Shown: in pieces, positions 26,726 through 35,015 of the stretch
Position numbering within the stretch: the first letter of the stretch is position 1
Layout: each line of letters starts with the position of its first letter
Assembly (NCBI GenBank): GCA_030646805.1
Contig: JAUSKZ010000034.1
Location: 1-43,613, forward strand
Direction: 5' to 3'
Source: Candidatus Daviesbacteria bacterium
GTDB taxonomy: Bacteria > Patescibacteriota > Microgenomatia > Daviesbacterales > UBA10151
Length of the DNA: 43,613 nucleotides
The notes under the pieces: model-generated
Databases searched by the model: none
Seen by the model: the letters and a program-made list of their open reading frames with translations, nothing else
Told to the model about the DNA's origin: nothing
Position numbers and translations under genes: made by a program

Positions 26726-28447
26726 TCAAATGGTAGGAGAGGTTATTTTTTTAAAAATGATTACTTTGGGGTGATCATAAACTGTAAAAGATTCATCAGC
26801 GGAAAAGTCATTTATCGGAATATTTAAAATTGGGACTTTGGGAAGACTCGAAAATTCGGCGACTTTAATAAAACCTAAACTGCCATCAAATAGTTTTTGA
26901 TAATACTGGGCAGCTGATTTAGGACATCGGTGAGAAGCTATTTTCCAGGCCTCACAATTCAAAGCGATTCTTTGTAGTGGGACGTAGAGCCGGTGACTTG
27001 CAACAACTAAATAATCGGCAGTTTTTAAGGCGTTATAAACTTGTTTCTCAATAAAAGGATTTTGGAGGTCATAGATCGGTAAATCAATCAGCTTAAAGTT
27101 TTTTGGGCCTGAAAGAGGTAAGCCGTCGTCCCAATGTTCTCGGGCGATGGTTGAATTTGCTGGAACGTTTCGATGAATCCACTCTGAACCTTCGATCCGA
27201 GTATTAGGTTTTGTATAAATTGAGATAAAAGATAAAGGCCAGATTAGTAAAAGAATTGAGAATGTAGAATTGAGAATGTAGAATTTAAAGTGAGAAACCT
27301 TGGTCATATGCAAAACTTTACTAATTGAGATAGCTGCGAATAAACAAAGTAGTGGGTAGATAGGCAGGAGATAGCGCATAAAACCAATGGCAAATCTGCC
27401 AACTACCAAAAAGTAACTAATAAAAAAGATCAAAATTAATAAGGTTCCAAAGTTAATTCTTTTAATATTTATTAAAGTGAGCAGTAGTCCTAAAAACGAA
27501 GCGGTTGAGATAATTGGTCCTAAACCCCAAAAGAAGATATTTTTAAGTTCATAAAAGTAGGGGATTTTACCAACATATTGCAAGGTAAAAGGAAAGGTAA
27601 ATGCATCAGAAGTCATTCTTTGTTGTTCTCCAATTTGCTTGAAAAAGGTCGGGTAATCTATTAAGGAGTAGGGGTTAGTTAAGGCAAATACTCCGAGGGC
27701 AAAAAGCCCAACTAAAATTATTTTAGACAACAAAGAAACGAAAGCGTTTAAGGTTTTTTGGGGGTTACTTAAATGAATTTGGATAAGTGATAACCCCAAT
27801 GGAATAAAAAGTAAAATTGCACTAACCTTGGTGGAGATTGCCAAACCAAAGGTCAATCCTAAAAGGGCGCTATTTTTAAACTGCGGTTTTTCTTTAAAAA
27901 TTACTATCCGGTAGAGGCTCAAAAGTATAAAAAAAGTTAAGGGGGTATCGACAGCCCAAAAATGGGCCAGTTGAATCGGTAAAACAGAAACGGAGTAAAA
28001 GAGTGAGGCGAGCAGTCCAACCGAATTTGAAAAAACTTTTTTACCCAAAAGATAAAGTAGGAGGATGCTTCCCACATCAAATAAGACTGACAGAAAACGC
28101 CCCAGCAAAGTAATTCCGTCATACTCTGACAAGGTTGGATTGAGCAAACTGCCGACCCCTCCAGCTATTTTAAGTAAATAAATTGGCAGACTGCCGTAAG
28201 CAAAGAAGTTTGGATTAAGAGTACTTTGGGGCGTTTGGAGGTTCTCCCATTCCAAGGGTGTCTCGGGAATTTGAATTTTTAGGGCTACCATGACTATCAT
28301 CCGTTCATCGGGGTGAAAATGATTATTCGAATCCCAATTTAAGCCAAAAATCCGGAAAAATAATCCTAAAACTAAAATTCCATAAAGAAATAATTTAGAG
28401 TTGTTGGTTAAAAGACTGAACATAGAAGCTTTCTGAAAGTTTAACAT
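26726..28447 (-). CDS. GT39/PMT_2 (ArnT-like, GT-C) glycosyltransferase, copy B
   Basis: Polytopic N-terminal domain with the first-loop acidic motif NHFHPDERMIVM, plus a C-terminal soluble domain. Paralogous to the upstream gene. Confidence 0.75.
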   Translation of the reverse strand: MLNFQKASMFSLLTNNSKLFLYGILVLGLFFRIFGLNWDSNNHFHPDERMIVMVALKIQIPETPLEWENLQTPQSTLNPNFFAYGSLPIYLLKIAGGVGSLLNPTLSEYDGITLLGRFLSVLFDVGSILLLYLLGKKVFSNSVGLLASLFYSVSVLPIQLAHFWAVDTPLTFFILLSLYRIVIFKEKPQFKNSALLGLTFGLAISTKVSAILLFIPLGLSLIQIHLSNPQKTLNAFVSLLSKIILVGLFALGVFALTNPYSLIDYPTFFKQIGEQQRMTSDAFTFPFTLQYVGKIPYFYELKNIFFWGLGPIISTASFLGLLLTLINIKRINFGTLLILIFFISYFLVVGRFAIGFMRYLLPIYPLLCLFAAISISKVLHMTKVSHFKFYILNSTFSILLLIWPLSFISIYTKPNTRIEGSEWIHRNVPANSTIAREHWDDGLPLSGPKNFKLIDLPIYDLQNPFIEKQVYNALKTADYLVVASHRLYVPLQRIALNCEAWKIASHRCPKSAAQYYQKLFDGSLGFIKVAEFSSLPKVPILNIPINDFSADESFTVYDHPKVIIFKKITSPTI

Positions 28448-30029
28448 TTTTTTGATAGACCCGGATTACCGGGTGATCAAAAACACTCCAGGTTTCTTCG
28501 GCTTGTTCATCTGGAATTTTAATATTTAAAAAAGGGATAGTAGGGTATGAATCAAACTGGGCAACTTTAACAAACCCTAATTTATCTTCAAAAAGATTGT
28601 CATAAAAGTTGGCTGTTTTAGGGTACATCTCCGGTAATCTTTGGTGGTTTGAAAATACCCTTCGGCTTTGAACTATAAAATAATCGGATTTTGCAAGGGC
28701 TAGAGCTACTTTTAAACGGGCGCTTGGATCGGTATCAAGCGAGTAAAAATCAAGGCTAATTTTAGTAAATTGTCCACTAGTTGGAACTTCAACCATATTG
28801 CCTCCTTCTACCAAAACTACAGAATTTTTAGGCAAGTTTAAAAGTAACCAATCTTGGGCCTGGACTCTAACATCAGGCTGAATATAGATTGAGAAAAAGG
28901 CTACAGTCCACAAAAGATGTAAAAAAATTGGGATCAGCAGTAATTTTTTAGGAAAATATTTGACCAAAAAGCAGCTTGAGAATATAGCAAAGAACGGGAA
29001 AGTTGGCGATATAAACCTGGTCCATTTAGCAAACAACAAACTGTTAAATAAAAAGAGCGATAAAAATCCGGAGAGTAAAATTAACAACCCAAGACCACTC
29101 CTTTTAAAACTTTCTTTTAAAAGGAGTAAAAATCCTAATACTCCAAAAGTCAATAAAACTGGGCCCAAAGCATAGGGGAGAATATCGGTTAATTGAAATA
29201 AAATTCCCGAAGTTTGGATAAATTGGCGGGTATAAAAAACTGGGATAACTCCTCTGGCGAGACTTCCTTCATATTGGAGGTTACTTAAAAAAGCTGGAAA
29301 ATCTAAAAAAATAAATGGGGCAACGATAAGAAGTGTTAAAAAAGCAGAAATTAAGAAAATTAAAAAGAATTGGAAGAGTTTTAGTATTTGGTTTTTGTGA
29401 GTTAATATTGCACATACAAGAACTGCTAAGATAAAAACTAGACTGCTGGCCTTGACTCCGAGGGCCAAGCCAAAGGAAATCCCCGAAAAAATTAAACTTA
29501 AAGCTGTGGGTTTAGTGTAGTATTTCAGTAAAAAAAATAGACAGAGCAGAAGGCAAAAAATTAAAGTTGATTCCGGAGTAGCAAAGTGAGCTTGTTGAAC
29601 CGCACCGGGCGTGGTGGCTGTGAGCAAGGCCGCAAGAAGAGACAGTTTAGAGCTTCCAAAATAAGAGGTTATTTTAAAGACTAAAAATATCGAAGCGGTT
29701 GAAAAAAGAGCGGAGTAAAAACGGCCGATGAGAAAAAAGTTAAAAGTTAAAAATTCAAAGTTAAAAATTGAGTTTAGGAGAGAGAGAATCTCTTTAGTAA
29801 AATAGATTAGATAGATAGAGACGGTGCCATATGAGAAGAAGTTGGGGTGCATTTGGGTAGGAAAGGACAATTGGCTTGCCGAGATAACAATATGGTACTC
29901 GTCTGGGTGAGTAAAAAATCCTTGCCCAAAGTCTAGTTTATAAAATCTTAAGAAAGCCCCGATTATCAGGATAATTAAAAGTGCAAAGTTAAAAGTTAAA
30001 AGTTTTGGTTTTGAGTGGTAACTTTGCAT
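28395..30029 (-). CDS. GT39/PMT_2 (ArnT-like, GT-C) glycosyltransferase, copy A
   Basis: FLRFYKLDFGQGFFTHPDEYHIV first-loop motif and many TM helices. The C-terminal region (DYFIVQSRRVF...FDHPVIRVY) parallels copy B (DYLVVASHRLY...YDHPKVIIF). Confidence 0.75.
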   Translation of the reverse strand: MQSYHSKPKLLTFNFALLIILIIGAFLRFYKLDFGQGFFTHPDEYHIVISASQLSFPTQMHPNFFSYGTVSIYLIYFTKEILSLLNSIFNFEFLTFNFFLIGRFYSALFSTASIFLVFKITSYFGSSKLSLLAALLTATTPGAVQQAHFATPESTLIFCLLLCLFFLLKYYTKPTALSLIFSGISFGLALGVKASSLVFILAVLVCAILTHKNQILKLFQFFLIFLISAFLTLLIVAPFIFLDFPAFLSNLQYEGSLARGVIPVFYTRQFIQTSGILFQLTDILPYALGPVLLTFGVLGFLLLLKESFKRSGLGLLILLSGFLSLFLFNSLLFAKWTRFISPTFPFFAIFSSCFLVKYFPKKLLLIPIFLHLLWTVAFFSIYIQPDVRVQAQDWLLLNLPKNSVVLVEGGNMVEVPTSGQFTKISLDFYSLDTDPSARLKVALALAKSDYFIVQSRRVFSNHQRLPEMYPKTANFYDNLFEDKLGFVKVAQFDSYPTIPFLNIKIPDEQAEETWSVFDHPVIRVYQKNVKLSESFYVQSFNQQL

Positions 30030-30049
30030 TTTGAACTTTGAATTTTAAA

Positions 30050-31318
30050 CTAATTCTGGTCTACTAACCTCGCTATCTCTTCTCCCATTTTGACAGCATA
30101 GTTGGTGCCGCGATCCCAAGGATAAACCATGTCCATATTAGCTACATAAACATTCGGTAAAGGCGACTTAAAAGTTGGGATGAGTTTCGAATAATTTGGA
30201 GTAACAACCGGTTGGGCAAAAGGGGCGGCAAACAGTTGATATGAAAGGAGTGATCCGTCGTATGTTGGATTAATTTTTTTTAAATATGGATCAAAAATCT
30301 TAAGTAGCTCTGAACCTTTCATCTTTAAATAAGGGTGGTTAGAAGGTAGGTAATTACCGATATAAAGAATATGTTGATTACCATAATGTTTGGAATCCAT
30401 AAAATTAGTGTGTTCGGCCAAAACGAGGTATGGAAAGTTGGAGTCTGAGATATTTAACCAATAAGTCCCTCCCATAAAAGGTTTATCTAAGATTAGAATT
30501 AAGTTTAAAGCGTGAAGGTGAGGAATTTTGGAGACTCGCTCAATATAGTCTGAAGGTAACCCCCGGGTTATTTTAGTGAATATTGGTGAAGGTAAAGTCG
30601 AGATTGCTTTATCAAAAAGATATTTTTTTCCTTGCGCTTTAATATAAACTTTCCCCGCTTCTTGTCCTAACTCTGCAACTTCCATATTAAGGAAGATCTT
30701 CCCTCCTAAATTTTTAACTTCTTGGGCGACCCTATCAGCGAAGGATTTAAAACCGCCTTCTGGATAGGCCAACGAGGGGGTTCTCTTTTTAATCCTGGCC
30801 CAAAACCAACTTAAGGTAATCTCATTTTTATACTCTCCGAATTTACCGGTAAAAAGTGGCTCCCAGATTTTTTTGGTAATATCTTCTCCCATATATTTTT
30901 TGAGCCACGGTAAGGCATGGATATTTTCAAATTGAGAATAGTTGTTAGTGGATCTTAGGTAAAATAAAACCAAGCCGGCCCGGAGTCTATCTAAAAAAGA
31001 TAGGTAAGGAAATTTTAAGAGAGCGAGAGGTGAATCAAGGGCCAAAACCTCACCGTTTATATAGACGTTTGTTTGTGGCCTTTTGATAATTACTGGGTAA
31101 TTTAGTTCCTGCGCTAGGTTTAAAACCGAGTCGTCGTTTGTAAACCAATGGTGGTAAGCTTTCTCCAGAGTCCAGTCCCAGTTTGGAAGTTTAAATCCTC
31201 CAGCTAAGCCGCCAAAACTATCCTCTTTTTCAAAGATAGTAACCTGATGGCCTTTTTGTAGAAGCCTTAAGGCGGCCGACAGGCCGGTAAAGCCGGCTCC
31301 TAAAATTAAAAGATGCAT
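30050..31318 (-). CDS. FAD/NAD(P)-binding oxidoreductase (amine oxidase/phytoene desaturase-like)
   Basis: Rossmann dinucleotide motif ILGAGFTGLSAALRL...TIFEKEDSFGGLAGG at the N-terminus. 422 aa. Confidence 0.8.
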   Translation of the reverse strand: MHLLILGAGFTGLSAALRLLQKGHQVTIFEKEDSFGGLAGGFKLPNWDWTLEKAYHHWFTNDDSVLNLAQELNYPVIIKRPQTNVYINGEVLALDSPLALLKFPYLSFLDRLRAGLVLFYLRSTNNYSQFENIHALPWLKKYMGEDITKKIWEPLFTGKFGEYKNEITLSWFWARIKKRTPSLAYPEGGFKSFADRVAQEVKNLGGKIFLNMEVAELGQEAGKVYIKAQGKKYLFDKAISTLPSPIFTKITRGLPSDYIERVSKIPHLHALNLILILDKPFMGGTYWLNISDSNFPYLVLAEHTNFMDSKHYGNQHILYIGNYLPSNHPYLKMKGSELLKIFDPYLKKINPTYDGSLLSYQLFAAPFAQPVVTPNYSKLIPTFKSPLPNVYVANMDMVYPWDRGTNYAVKMGEEIARLVDQN

Positions 31319-31319
31319 T

Positions 31320-32216
31320 TTAAATCTCGCTCCAGATGGATTGGTCCCGGGAAAAGATATCTTTTAAGATCACTAAAAACTTTGGCTGATAATTTATAAC
31401 TTCAGCCGGGGGAACGTTTTGTTGGGATCTAGTTTCCCGGTGAAATTTGGGCCGAGCTTCTGTGCCGGTTTTGAGAAAAATTACTGAGCCGTTAATCACG
31501 AGCTGCAGGGAGCTGGTACTGGGTGGGTTACAACTAATGGTTGAAGGATTGCTCGTTAGAACTCCAGTTGAGGTAGAGCAAAATCCGCCGTGGGCAATTA
31601 AAAAGGCATCAACTTGGGTGACGTCTTTATTAATAAAAATTGTCCCTTTGACGATAAAAACTAAGCCCCCCTGATCATGGTTATATTCAAGTTTGTTTCC
31701 TTGAGGGGCAAAGAGTAGATCGCCATCAACAAATATCACCCCAACTTTATCCCCGACAATATCATTAGTAATATCACTAACATTATTATTTTTTTTCAAG
31801 ATGTTTAAGTTTCCGACGATATGATAAAGACTACCATCCGGATGATTCACGTTAATTTTATTACTCGAAGAGAGAACTCCATTTAATGATGTGGTGATGG
31901 TTGTTTTCTGATTACTCTTTGATTGGTCAAAGTAAATAGATAGCATCTCTTCATAAGTAGGTATAGAAAATTGAGGTAACTTAGCAGCTTGGCCAATCAG
32001 GCAAGACCCTAGTTTTCCAGTTATAGGAGTTGGTCCCAGAGAAAAGTTTTCGATACTGTCAGAGTTTCCGACCTCAAGCAGGGCGTTGGAATCAACGATC
32101 ACTAAATTACTGCCTCTGGTTGGACAATTTTGAGCTAAGGTCCTGGATCCTGGAAAAAGATAAAAGGAGAGAATAAGCAAGCCTAAGGATAGGAAGCTAA
32201 ATTTTAGATAGATCAC
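31320..32216 (-). CDS. secreted/anchored hypothetical protein
   Basis: N-terminal hydrophobic signal/anchor (FSFLSLGLLILSFYLF). Beta-rich repeat-like body (GVIFVDGDLLF, GGLVFIVKGTIFI, LVINGSVIF). No family recognised. Confidence 0.55.
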   Translation of the reverse strand: MIYLKFSFLSLGLLILSFYLFPGSRTLAQNCPTRGSNLVIVDSNALLEVGNSDSIENFSLGPTPITGKLGSCLIGQAAKLPQFSIPTYEEMLSIYFDQSKSNQKTTITTSLNGVLSSSNKINVNHPDGSLYHIVGNLNILKKNNNVSDITNDIVGDKVGVIFVDGDLLFAPQGNKLEYNHDQGGLVFIVKGTIFINKDVTQVDAFLIAHGGFCSTSTGVLTSNPSTISCNPPSTSSLQLVINGSVIFLKTGTEARPKFHRETRSQQNVPPAEVINYQPKFLVILKDIFSRDQSIWSEI

Positions 32217-32986
32217 TGTAACTTTAAGCTGGATAGTATTTGATCCATCTCCAAAAGTACGGCAGTGTTAATTTTTTCTTCCAGAATATTTTTATTGGAG
32301 AAGTCTTTGGAGTAATAAGTAATTTTAACTTTGGTTTTCTTTTCAGGACTCTCAAAGCAGTATTTTAAAGCAAAAGGTGCCTCAGTCTCGCTCCCCAGTT
32401 GAGGTAACTCACCTTGAAGGCGGCGGAAATAAATTGGAACAGGATGAGGGTCTTGTTGGGTTGTTCCAATAGATGGTGAGCTACCCTTTTCAATATTACC
32501 CCGGAGCGCTTCTCGGCCTAAAGCTTGAATTTTAGTAAATGTGGTCGGGAAGCCAGTTTTCCAGGTACTGGAGACAGTTCCGGCACAGGAATCGATGCTA
32601 AACTCTTTTTGAACTTCCAGCCAAATCAACCAGTTATTTTCCCGGTTTAATTTTATAAGAGTTGTATCAGCTCCGGTTGAGGTAGTGATGAGTCCGGCTT
32701 CTTCGTGTTTTTCACCCCGCTTTAAAACAACTTCACTAATTTGCCAATTGCCGGGATGGGTAAATGCTAGTCCAAGCTTAGGGTTGGAGTAGGTTTGAGG
32801 TTTACTCAGATCCGGCTTGGAGTCTCCCAACATCGGGGTAATTTTGGAGATTAAGCCAATATTTTTTTGGCTGAGATTTTTAGGAGCAGATAGTTTGCCC
32901 GAGGCAATCAAGGTTACCACGATAATCAAGATAGCCCCTAGAAAGCAAAATATCAACAGAGTTTTTTTAGAAAGAAAACTATTCAT
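32213..32986 (-). CDS. secreted/anchored hypothetical protein
   Basis: N-terminal TM anchor (LLIFCFLGAILIIVVTLIA). 4-nt overlap with the downstream gene. No family recognised. Confidence 0.55.
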   Translation of the reverse strand: MNSFLSKKTLLIFCFLGAILIIVVTLIASGKLSAPKNLSQKNIGLISKITPMLGDSKPDLSKPQTYSNPKLGLAFTHPGNWQISEVVLKRGEKHEEAGLITTSTGADTTLIKLNRENNWLIWLEVQKEFSIDSCAGTVSSTWKTGFPTTFTKIQALGREALRGNIEKGSSPSIGTTQQDPHPVPIYFRRLQGELPQLGSETEAPFALKYCFESPEKKTKVKITYYSKDFSNKNILEEKINTAVLLEMDQILSSLKLQ

Positions 32987-33029
32987 TTTTCTATCGTACT
33001 ACCCTCAAACACCCTCCGCAAGTCTACTC

Positions 33030-34952
33030 TTAACGATTCGTGTAGACATCGCCACCGGTTGTCTTAAGTTTAGGCCGGAGGGTCGGGGTGATAATTAGGC
33101 TACTACAGGTGGCGCTGACGCCGGGAATTGCGACATCAGCACTTAAGTTGATAGTGGCGCCTTTACTCGTAGCTGTATCTTCATCACGGTAGGTATGGGT
33201 CACATTTTGAGCACTGCTGGTAATGCCATCAAAACTCCAAGCATAGTCATAGATGACCTCAGGTCCGCCAACTCCGTTTAAATCTCCGCCGGAAGGTTGT
33301 GAGACCCAGGTCATCGGATCACCCCGAATAATCGGCGAAGGAGTGGGGTAGCAAGAGACTCCGAGAGCAGTATAAACATCTATCCCAGTAGCCCCACCTG
33401 CGCCGGTACAAGTCCCGGTGGCAATTTCTCCGAGGGAGTAAACGCTGACGGTGGCCTGCTTGCAGGATTTTGGGGTGGTGTAGGTAACTTGTTTGGGGTT
33501 ATATAAGGAGCTTGGTTGAGGAGCAGGAGTAATCTCATCCCCGCTCCAGTTAGAGGCATAAGAGCCGCTACCACCTTGGGCGGCGGCGGTCCAGGTAGCA
33601 GTTCCGGTTAATCCAGTAACTGTCGGATCGGGAGTGCCGATACAAGACAAAACTTGGGGAGGATCAAAAACTCTAATTTGATCGACAGGTGGTAACCCTG
33701 GAGGAAATCCTTCCGGAGGAGCCGAAGGAGGATCGGCAATTCCGTCCCCATTACTGTCAAATCTACAAGAAGCAACAGGAGTAGTCACTCCTAGGTTGGT
33801 ATTGGAAACAGTAACGGTTTTTGAACCGGTGGAGTTGTAAGTTGTGATATAAGTATCAGTATTATTGGGTGGGGGGGAGTTGGGATCAGTGTTGGCTCCG
33901 GTAGCCTTGTTCCAATTATAGACATAGCTCCCATTGCCCCCGGTAGCCCAGGCTTTATAAGTAAATTCGGTAAATCCAGTGATTCCGAGGTTTGTCCCTG
34001 AACCCGAGGTATAAGTACATCTAACAGTTGGGGGATCATAGACATCAACTGCTGGACAAACGGTAGTTGAGGTGTCGTTAGCTGAGGTTAGTTGAATCGT
34101 GGCAGTTTTACTTACCGGGGTAGTTGAGCCAACTGTGGGATAAGTAACCGATTTGGTACTCGTGGTGTTGGAAGTTGGGCCTACGGACGAGGAAGTCATA
34201 TTAGTCCCACTCCAAGTGTAGGTATAGCTGCCGTTGCCTCCTGCCGCGGTAGCATTCCAATTTCTGCTGACTCCTGAAAAAACTGGCGCGGTGGGCGGGG
34301 TACAACTAACTACTAACTCTCCGTAGATATTGGTATAACAGGTGGCGGTGGCTGTCTCGTTTGGTGAGGTCCGGCTGGCGGTAACCGTCACTGACTTTGA
34401 TGTGGGATTGGCACTAGAGTAACTTTTAGTATAGGTAGAACCACTCCCAAGACCCCCATCCCAGCTATAAGTTACCCCGGTTTTGGAAGCAGTGGCGGTA
34501 TAGGTGACGTCTTTATTTATGACATAAGGATCAGGACTATCGGAACAGGTGATTGAGAGGGGGAAGGCAAAAGGAAAAGTGGTAGTGGCGGTATTACCAA
34601 CGTTATCGGTGCTGGTGGCGACGATTGTATGGTCGGCGTTATCCGAATTAACGCTTCCGGTGTAGGTAAAATTAGTGGTTGAGTTATGAACTGAGGCTCC
34701 ATCTAGAGTAACGACCAGTTGTTTACAACCTGAATTGGCATCGGTACAGGAGGCAGTTAGGGAAACATAACCACTACTACAAATAGCTCCACTAGCCAAA
34801 GCCAATGCCGAGCCTCCACAGGTAGCGGTGACGTTGGCTTCAGGCGGCGCTAAATCTATATCTATAGTGGCTTCAGCAGAGTTAAGCTTAAATACTATCA
34901 AAAATATAAATACCGGAAGGATGAAAAAAACCAGCTTTCTAGGAATATTCAC
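33030..34952 (-). CDS. Thr/Ser-rich cell-surface protein with tandem PKD/Ig-like modules
   Basis: Signal/anchor FFILPVFIFLIVF. About five Cys-bounded modules carry the recurring signature GG(N/S)GSY.Y.W(S/N): GGNGSYTYTWSG, GGNGSYVYNWNK, GGSGSYASNWSG, plus variants VTYSWDGG and YDYAWSFDG. Confidence 0.7.
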   Translation of the reverse strand: MNIPRKLVFFILPVFIFLIVFKLNSAEATIDIDLAPPEANVTATCGGSALALASGAICSSGYVSLTASCTDANSGCKQLVVTLDGASVHNSTTNFTYTGSVNSDNADHTIVATSTDNVGNTATTTFPFAFPLSITCSDSPDPYVINKDVTYTATASKTGVTYSWDGGLGSGSTYTKSYSSANPTSKSVTVTASRTSPNETATATCYTNIYGELVVSCTPPTAPVFSGVSRNWNATAAGGNGSYTYTWSGTNMTSSSVGPTSNTTSTKSVTYPTVGSTTPVSKTATIQLTSANDTSTTVCPAVDVYDPPTVRCTYTSGSGTNLGITGFTEFTYKAWATGGNGSYVYNWNKATGANTDPNSPPPNNTDTYITTYNSTGSKTVTVSNTNLGVTTPVASCRFDSNGDGIADPPSAPPEGFPPGLPPVDQIRVFDPPQVLSCIGTPDPTVTGLTGTATWTAAAQGGSGSYASNWSGDEITPAPQPSSLYNPKQVTYTTPKSCKQATVSVYSLGEIATGTCTGAGGATGIDVYTALGVSCYPTPSPIIRGDPMTWVSQPSGGDLNGVGGPEVIYDYAWSFDGITSSAQNVTHTYRDEDTATSKGATINLSADVAIPGVSATCSSLIITPTLRPKLKTTGGDVYTNR

Positions 34953-35015
34953 TGCATCTTCTATTAAAAGCTTTTATGAGTACTTCAGTCAAGTTTAAAA
35001 GTGCGCATCACTTCT

